From Lentisphaeria bacterium (GTDB lineage Bacteria; Verrucomicrobiota; Lentisphaeria; JABSQK01; JAWLHB01): a DNA stretch of 64,000 bases. The translations under genes were made by a program, and so were the position numbers. Positions 58,103 to 64,000 of this stretch are shown here, piece by piece. The first letter of the stretch is position 1. Each line of letters begins with the position of its first letter. The notes beneath the pieces were generated by a model. It had not been told where the DNA came from and did not search any database. It saw only the letters and a list, made by a program, of their open reading frames with translations. The DNA lies in assembly GCA_041690595.1 (NCBI GenBank), contig JAWLHB010000025.1:1-64000 (forward strand), read 5' to 3'.

Positions 58103-59082
58103 GTGATTTCTGGCGTCAGCGAGCATGTCTGGTAACCGGCGGCGCCGGCTTTGGCGGTTCCCATCTGTGCGAGCTGCTTCTGGAACTTGGCGCCCGGGTC
58201 TACGTTCTGGACCGATGGCTTCCCGCCACCTCGTATCTCGTCCTCTCCGGGAATGCGGAGCGGGTCGATTATATCCAGGGCGACATTCGAGATCGGGACC
58301 TGCTCGCCATGACCATCGAGCGATTCCAGATCCGGTCCCTCTTCCACCTTGCCGCGCAGCCGATCGTCCCCACCAGTAATCTGTTGCCGTTCGAGACACT
58401 CAGCGTCAATGCCATGGGCACCTTCTGCGTACTGGAGACGGTGCGTGGCTCATCGTGTGTGGAGGAACTGATCGTCGCATCGAGCGGCGCGTACTATGGC
58501 ACAACGAGCGCTAGTGAACCACTGACTGAAGATGATCCGCCGCTGGTGGCGACCAACATCTACGCGACCAGCAAGGTCGCCGCCGATCATGCGGTGCGCT
58601 GCTATGCCGCCGTCTATGGTCTGCGGACCGCCGTATGCCGGTTCATGAATACCTATGGGCCTGGCGACACCAACTTCTCCCGTCTGGTGCCCAGGGCCAT
58701 ACGAAATCTGCTCGATGGCGAACCCTACGAATTCGGCGATCGGGACGATGGCTCCTCCCGGCTCGACTTCCTTCATATCCGCGATATGTGCAGAGCGTAC
58801 ATCGAGGTCACGGAGCAGCTCGACAAGGTGCGCGGCGAAGCCATCAACTTCGCCAGCGGCATGCCCACATCCACACGTGAACTCGCCGACATGATCAGTC
58901 GCCTCTTCGACGATGTGGAACGCGAGCCTGCCTTTAATGGCCCAAGCCGTCAGCGACCGCTCAGTAAGCAGCTGGCCATTCGCAAGGCCAAGGCGAGACT
59001 CAATTGGCAGCCTCAGACCAGCCTTGAGGACGGATTGCGCGAAACAATCGAATGGTATCGCCGCTTCATGGATGTCCTATGA
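58099..59082 (+). CDS. NAD-dependent nucleotide-sugar epimerase/dehydratase, second paralogue
   Basis: VTGGAGFGG, FHLAAQP, YATSK, NTYGPGD.N.SRLVP; ATGA overlap. Confidence 0.9.
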   Translation: MSDFWRQRACLVTGGAGFGGSHLCELLLELGARVYVLDRWLPATSYLVLSGNAERVDYIQGDIRDRDLLAMTIERFQIRSLFHLAAQPIVPTSNLLPFETLSVNAMGTFCVLETVRGSSCVEELIVASSGAYYGTTSASEPLTEDDPPLVATNIYATSKVAADHAVRCYAAVYGLRTAVCRFMNTYGPGDTNFSRLVPRAIRNLLDGEPYEFGDRDDGSSRLDFLHIRDMCRAYIEVTEQLDKVRGEAINFASGMPTSTRELADMISRLFDDVEREPAFNGPSRQRPLSKQLAIRKAKARLNWQPQTSLEDGLRETIEWYRRFMDVL

Positions 59083-60248
59083 CCACTGCCGATCGACTGC
59101 CGGCCCTCCTGGCCGATGAGGAACTGCGACATCGGTTGTTCCCGGTGACGCGCCAGAAGGTATTCCTGGCTCATGCGGCGGTCAGTCCGCTCCCTTCGGC
59201 CGTCATCAGCGCGGTCGGGGACTATCTGACGCGAGCAGGACGTCTCGGCCAGTTCGAGCATCTGCATCGAGAGGCCGAACAGGAGGCGAGGAAGCTGTCG
59301 GCCGAGCTGCTTGGCGCGCAGGTGGAGGAGATTGCTTTTGCATCGAGCACGTCGGCGGGGTTGAGCATGATCGCGGCGGGACTACCATGGAAGAGCGGTG
59401 ACGAAGTCGTTGTCGCGGAAGGGGATTTTCCCGCCAATCTCTATCCATGGCTCAGTCTTCAGGAGCGCGGGGTGCGCCTGCGGACGCTGGCTACTTCGCC
59501 AAGCGGCCGTATCGACGTGGCGCAGGTTGTCGCGCTGCTCAGCCGTCGCACGCGACTGGTCTCCCTCTCGAGCGCCCATTTCGCGACGGGAACGCCGCTC
59601 GATGTGGATCTCATCGGCAAGGCCTTGCAGGAGCGTGACATTCTTTTCTGCGTCGACGCCATTCAGACACTGGGGGCGATGCCATGCTCCATCAAGTATG
59701 TGGATTTCCTGGTCGCCGACGCCCACAAGTGGCTGCTTGGCCCCCAAGGCATCGCCATCCTGTACGTTGACCGCCGTCGCTTCGAGTCCCTGCAGCCGGT
59801 GCTCGTGGGCTGGAAGTCCGTCGATTGTCCGGGCGATTTCTACAGTGTGCAGCTCAAGTATGCCGATACAGCCCGCCGCTATGAACCGGGTAGCCTCAAC
59901 ATCCTCGGGCTGGTGGGACTTAGGGCGTCCCTGGCTTTACTCAGCTCCTTTGGCAGCAAACCGATCGAGGCGCGTCTGCTGCACCTGCGCCACCTGCTGC
60001 TCGACGGCCTGGCGCGGGGCGGCTACCGCATCGCGGGCGTTGCCGACGTGGATTCGCCGACGGGTATCGTCACCTGCCGTCATCCGTCCATGGACATGCA
60101 GAAGCTCTACCATCAGTTGGATCAGGGGGATCTGGTTCTCTCTCTGCGCCAAGATCTGGAAGGCCATCCCTGCCTGCGGATTGCCCCCCACTTCTACAAT
60201 ACCGAGGGCGAGATCGAGCGGCTGCTGACGGCCATGCGAACCGGCTGA
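59079..60248 (+). CDS. Class V PLP-dependent enzyme (cysteine desulfurase / C-S lyase / CefD-like)
   Basis: LAHAAVSP, FPAN.YPW, VDAIQTLG, HKWLLGPQG, RRYEPGS, RIAPHFYN; ATGA overlap. Confidence 0.9.
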   Translation: MTTADRLPALLADEELRHRLFPVTRQKVFLAHAAVSPLPSAVISAVGDYLTRAGRLGQFEHLHREAEQEARKLSAELLGAQVEEIAFASSTSAGLSMIAAGLPWKSGDEVVVAEGDFPANLYPWLSLQERGVRLRTLATSPSGRIDVAQVVALLSRRTRLVSLSSAHFATGTPLDVDLIGKALQERDILFCVDAIQTLGAMPCSIKYVDFLVADAHKWLLGPQGIAILYVDRRRFESLQPVLVGWKSVDCPGDFYSVQLKYADTARRYEPGSLNILGLVGLRASLALLSSFGSKPIEARLLHLRHLLLDGLARGGYRIAGVADVDSPTGIVTCRHPSMDMQKLYHQLDQGDLVLSLRQDLEGHPCLRIAPHFYNTEGEIERLLTAMRTG

Positions 60249-60254
60249 AGTCGC

Positions 60255-61127
60255 CTATTCGACGATCTTGTTGAGAGCGTACTCGACGATCCCTTCCACG
60301 CCCAGCTCTTTCAACTGGGGAATGAGATCGCGCACGATATGCTCGTCCACGATGGTGTTCAGTGCGACCCAGCGGTCGTCAACCAGCGGAGAGACCGTGG
60401 GATTGCGCAGGGCCGGGACTTTCTCCAGTACCTTCGCCATGATGCTCCGGGGGACGTTCATCATAAGCCCCACACGATTCTCGGCGGCAAGGACAGCCTG
60501 CAGAAGGAGTGCGATCCGCTCGATCTTGGTGCGCTTGAAGGGATCCGCCCACGCATCGCGATTGGCGATAAGGCGGGTAGTCGATGTGCAGACAGTGTCG
60601 AGGATACGCAGGTCGTTGGCCTTGAGGGATGAGCCCGTCTCGGTGATCTCCACGATGGCATCCGCCAGGCGCGGCGGTTTCACCTCGGTAGCTCCCCATG
60701 AAAACTCGACATTGGCCTCCACCCCGTGCGCGGCAAGATACCGCTCGGTCATCTTGACCGCTTCCGTGGCAATGCGCTTGCCCGCCAGATCCTGGGGGGA
60801 ATGGATGTCGGAGTTGTTGGGTACCGCCACGACCCAGCGCAGCGGCTTGCGCCCGACTTTTCCGTAGACCAGCTCGCAGACTTCATGGACGTCAACGCCG
60901 TTCTCCACCACCCAGTCGTGTCCCGTCAGCCCGGCGTCGAGCACGCCTTCGGCGATGTAGCGGGCCATCTCCTGAGCACGGATCAAGGTGCACTCGATCT
61001 CGTCGTCGTCGATGCTCGGATAGTAAGAGCGCGAGCTGATGGTGATTTTCCAGCCAGCCTTTTCGAACATGCTGACGGTGGTATCCTGAAGGCTTCCTTT
61101 CGGTATTCCCAATTGCAGGACTGGCAT
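60255..61127 (-). CDS. hisG: ATP phosphoribosyltransferase, long form
   Basis: [47 protein letters not shown]. Confidence 0.97.
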   Translation of the reverse strand: MPVLQLGIPKGSLQDTTVSMFEKAGWKITISSRSYYPSIDDDEIECTLIRAQEMARYIAEGVLDAGLTGHDWVVENGVDVHEVCELVYGKVGRKPLRWVVAVPNNSDIHSPQDLAGKRIATEAVKMTERYLAAHGVEANVEFSWGATEVKPPRLADAIVEITETGSSLKANDLRILDTVCTSTTRLIANRDAWADPFKRTKIERIALLLQAVLAAENRVGLMMNVPRSIMAKVLEKVPALRNPTVSPLVDDRWVALNTIVDEHIVRDLIPQLKELGVEGIVEYALNKIVE

Positions 61128-61144
61128 AGTGGCGCTCTCCTCTC

Positions 61145-61525
61145 TTACTTTCCGTAAACTTTTTTAGGGTCGAATACCTTCTCGCCGACAACGGTCGTAT
61201 CCTCGCCGTCGATGCGCCGGTAGAAGCAGGAGCGGTAACCCGTGTGGCAGGCGGCGTCACCTATCTGCTTGACCTTGTAGACAATGGCATCGTCATCGCA
61301 GTCGACCAGGATCTCCTTGACGATCTGCACATTTCCGCTGGTCAGCCCTTTCTCCCACAACTCGCTTCGCGAGCGTGACCAGTAGGTAGCATGGCCGGTC
61401 TTGAGCGTATGTTCCCATGCTTCCTGATTGACATAGGCCAGCATCAAGACCTCGCCGGTCTCGGCATCCTGTGCGACCGCCGGCAGCAGGCCGTCGGTAC
61501 TCTTCGAGAAATTCGGTTGGAACAT
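61145..61525 (-). CDS. hisI: Phosphoribosyl-AMP cyclohydrolase
   Basis: [39 protein letters not shown]. Confidence 0.97.
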   Translation of the reverse strand: MFQPNFSKSTDGLLPAVAQDAETGEVLMLAYVNQEAWEHTLKTGHATYWSRSRSELWEKGLTSGNVQIVKEILVDCDDDAIVYKVKQIGDAACHTGYRSCFYRRIDGEDTTVVGEKVFDPKKVYGK

Positions 61526-61655
61526 GGCTCTTCCTTGGACTGTACGATCTGCGACTGATTGACGTGCGGAAGGGGCGTACTATGCCGTCATTTGTGCAAA
61601 AAGCAAAGCCTCTGCTCGCTTTCCTGGGCGCCTGCCAGGGGGCATGGCACGGGCT

Positions 61656-63089
61656 TCAGCGTACGGCGTCGAAGGCATCCAGAGCGCGGAGGCGCGCTTG
61701 CGCATGGTCGCCGATCGGGCCTGGATAGGAACTGCCCAGTTGTATGCCTGCCGAGCGCAAGGTCGCAACCGGTGCCAGCCACGGGGCATGCAGATGCTGG
61801 TCGGGCAGGTCGGCAAGCTCCGGCACCCAGCGTCGAATATAGGTCCCCAGTGGATCGAAGGTACGGCTTTGCGTCACGGGATTGAAGATGCGGAACCAGG
61901 GCGCTGCGTCCGCCCCGCAGCCTGCGACCCATTGCCAGCCAAGGGTATTGTTGGCCAGATCCGCATCGACGAGCGTACTCCAGAACCACGTGGCGCCTTC
62001 GAGCCAGTGGATCAGCAGATCTTTGACCAGGAAGGAGCCCACCAGCATGCGTACGCGATTGTGCATCCAGCCGGTGGTCCACAGCTCGCGCATCCCCGCA
62101 TCGATCAACGGGTAGCCAGTCTGCCCCCGCTGCCACGCCCGCAGTGCCGCCGGCTCGTCCCGCCAGGGAAGCTGCCGGTACTTCTCGTAGAGCGGCTGGT
62201 GATCCGTCTCCGGAAAATGGAGGAGCAGATGATGGGCAAACTCCCGCCATGCCAGTTGCCGCAGCCATGCTTCCTCGCCGCGTATCAGCCCCGGCCTCTC
62301 ATGAGCCAGCGTGTACGCTCGGGCGGCATGCCAGAGCTGATGGGGGCTCAGCTCCCCGAAGTGAAGGTGGGGAGAGAGTCTGGAGGTGCCCTGCTTGTCC
62401 GGACGATCCCGCGCCTCGGGGTATTCGCCAAGCGCTTCCTCAAGAAAACGCTCCAGCTTCTCGTTGGCCCCTGCTTCGCCAGGCTGCCAGTGCGTGCCGA
62501 ATTCATCTGCCCACGCTCGCTTCGGCAGCAGCTCCAGTGCGTCCAGCGAGAGCGAATCGGGCCATGTTTCCGGTGACAGCCACCGCGTCGGCGCCTCCTC
62601 GGGTTCCCGCGGCTCCGGCAGGCGACTGCATGCCTTGTACCAGGGGGTGAAGACCTTGTAGGGATTGCCATTCGCCGCGTGCACCAGCTCTGGGGGAAAG
62701 AGAAGGTCGGCGGAATGCTCGGATACCCGCTGTCCGGCCGCGCGCAATCGCTCGGCAACGTGGCGTTCCCGCTGCCGTGCCACCGGGTCGCAAGAGGTGT
62801 TCCAGGCCACCGCCGTGGCCCCGGTTGCTTTGGCAAGTTGCGAGAGCGCTTCCGGTGTCGGGCCACGGCGGAGTATCAACCTGCCGCCGAGGCGGCGCAG
62901 TTGCCCGTCCAGGGCTTTCAGAGAATGATGCAGCCACCAGTTCGAGGCGGGGCCGGGAGCCCATGGGGCCAGCTCCTCCGGTGCCTGAATAACGACGGGA
63001 ATCACCGGCTCTCCGCGGGCCAATGCCCACTGGAGAGCCGGATTGTCAGCCAGCCGCAATTCCCGTTTCAGCCAGAGGAGGGTCGCCAC
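61656..63089 (-). CDS. phrB: Deoxyribodipyrimidine (CPD) photolyase
   Basis: LRL.DNPAL, TSRLSPHLHFGE, GQTGYPLIDAGMREL, WMHNRVRM, DADLANN..GWQW, RIFNP. Confidence 0.95.
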   Translation of the reverse strand: MATLLWLKRELRLADNPALQWALARGEPVIPVVIQAPEELAPWAPGPASNWWLHHSLKALDGQLRRLGGRLILRRGPTPEALSQLAKATGATAVAWNTSCDPVARQRERHVAERLRAAGQRVSEHSADLLFPPELVHAANGNPYKVFTPWYKACSRLPEPREPEEAPTRWLSPETWPDSLSLDALELLPKRAWADEFGTHWQPGEAGANEKLERFLEEALGEYPEARDRPDKQGTSRLSPHLHFGELSPHQLWHAARAYTLAHERPGLIRGEEAWLRQLAWREFAHHLLLHFPETDHQPLYEKYRQLPWRDEPAALRAWQRGQTGYPLIDAGMRELWTTGWMHNRVRMLVGSFLVKDLLIHWLEGATWFWSTLVDADLANNTLGWQWVAGCGADAAPWFRIFNPVTQSRTFDPLGTYIRRWVPELADLPDQHLHAPWLAPVATLRSAGIQLGSSYPGPIGDHAQARLRALDAFDAVR

Positions 63090-63092
63090 GGC

Positions 63093-64000
63093 CTAGATCT
63101 GGTGCAGCGGGTCAGTTTGCAGATTCACCTTGACCTGCTTCTGGAAGGTCGACTCCCTCCGCTTGCGGGCGAGCAACGCGTCGTATTCGGCGCGATCGAT
63201 CGGCAGGTCGACCGACCGGCCAAGCTCCGCCGAAAGCCAGACGGCGTTGGCAATTTCGAGCGAATGGATGCCGTCTTCGCCGGGAGCGATGAGGGGCTCA
63301 CCATGCAGCAGGTGACGCGCGAAATTGCGAATAATGACGTAATGCCCCGTCTCCTGCTCGGGCAGGTCGATGGTTTCTTCGGTCATCTCGGGGTTCGCCC
63401 ACTTCGCCTCCGTCTCCCGGGTGAAGCGTGAGACTTCCGGGGTGAAGGTATACAGCTTGAGTTCGCCATTGCGCCAGCAGAGCTTGCCGCTGTCGCCATA
63501 GACCTCGATCATCTGTCCGGGGCCTGTCTCACAGGTCGAGCAGTAGAAGTAGCCGGTGCCCCCATCTTCGTAGGTGAGCATCGCTTCGGCGACATCTTCC
63601 ACTTCGATATGGTGCATGCGGATATCGACTCTGCCGAAGACGCTCCTGGGCTTTCCGCCGAGGAGCACGAAGAGGTCGAGAATGTGCGGCGACTGGTTCA
63701 TCATGACGCCACCACCTTCGCCCTGCCATGTCGCCCGCCAACCGCCGGAATCGTAATAGGCCTGCGTGCGGTATTCCGGCGAGATCATCGTGGTGCGCTG
63801 GATTTTTCCGAGTTTCCCGGAGCGGCAGATCTCGATCGCCTTGGCAAAGGCGGCCTCGGTGCGCCGCTGGAACATGATGCCGAAGCCGACGCCGGTTTCA
63901 CGCGCCGTGCGGATGATCTCGTCGGCGCTGGAGACGCGCTCCGACAAGGGCTTCTCGCAGAGACAATGCAGCCCCGCCTTCATGCAGTCGATGGCCACGT
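63093..64000 (-). CDS. Gfo/Idh/MocA family oxidoreductase (5' end outside the window)
   Basis: CEKP, YY....WR.TW..EGGG..MNQSPH.LD, IEVED. Confidence 0.9.
   Translation of the reverse strand, partial: VAIDCMKAGLHCLCEKPLSERVSSADEIIRTARETGVGFGIMFQRRTEAAFAKAIEICRSGKLGKIQRTTMISPEYRTQAYYDSGGWRATWQGEGGGVMMNQSPHILDLFVLLGGKPRSVFGRVDIRMHHIEVEDVAEAMLTYEDGGTGYFYCSTCETGPGQMIEVYGDSGKLCWRNGELKLYTFTPEVSRFTRETEAKWANPEMTEETIDLPEQETGHYVIIRNFARHLLHGEPLIAPGEDGIHSLEIANAVWLSAELGRSVDLPIDRAEYDALLARKRRESTFQKQVKVNLQTDPLHQI

Noticed and set aside
59079..60248. sufS/iscS cysteine desulfurase
   Set aside because: No recognisable RxGxHCA or SSGSAC catalytic Cys loop, and no suf/isc neighbours.

Overview
High-GC chromosomal window with about 55 densely packed genes, very probably from a PVC-superphylum bacterium of the Lentisphaeria/Kiritimatiellia type. 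That assignment is an inference from three prepilin-like H-X9-DG proteins, a TIGR04138-like protein, an Amuc_1102-like protein, a GntR plus effector-domain regulator, URO-D-like paralogues and a sulfatase. Housekeeping genes: mnmG, recX, rplU, argB-argD-argF-pheA, hisI-hisG, an M18 aminopeptidase, a photolyase, tRNA-Cys(GCA) and tRNA-Leu(TAG). Carbohydrate-use genes: GH2, GH116, two GH36-like, GH94, DUF5060/DUF4038, DUF1961 and a sulfatase. Other modules: an XPB-like helicase with a DUF790/Bax1-like nuclease, a pilin-ABC operon, a Ycf46-like AAA ATPase next to a tandem DUF6901-like pair, and a small nucleotide-sugar islet. Four intergenic hotspots (1-200, 21.1-22.55 kb, 28.38-28.68 kb, 32.85-33.73 kb) hold stacked REP-like hairpins, 8-12-nt periodic tracts and longer tandem units. 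No CRISPR array, rRNA, integrase or transposase was seen. Most interesting: (i) a PAS histidine kinase whose membrane part resembles a VUT/YhhQ transporter; (ii) an intact 924-aa PEP-synthase/RPH-like protein lacking its catalytic motifs; (iii) pilin-like genes without Gly(-1), tied to sugar regulators, LacI-like operators and an ABC exporter; (iv) repeat-mosaic hotspots with possible dif-like sites; (v) a PheA with an apparently dead chorismate mutase domain. All family calls come from motif recognition by eye; no database search was run.
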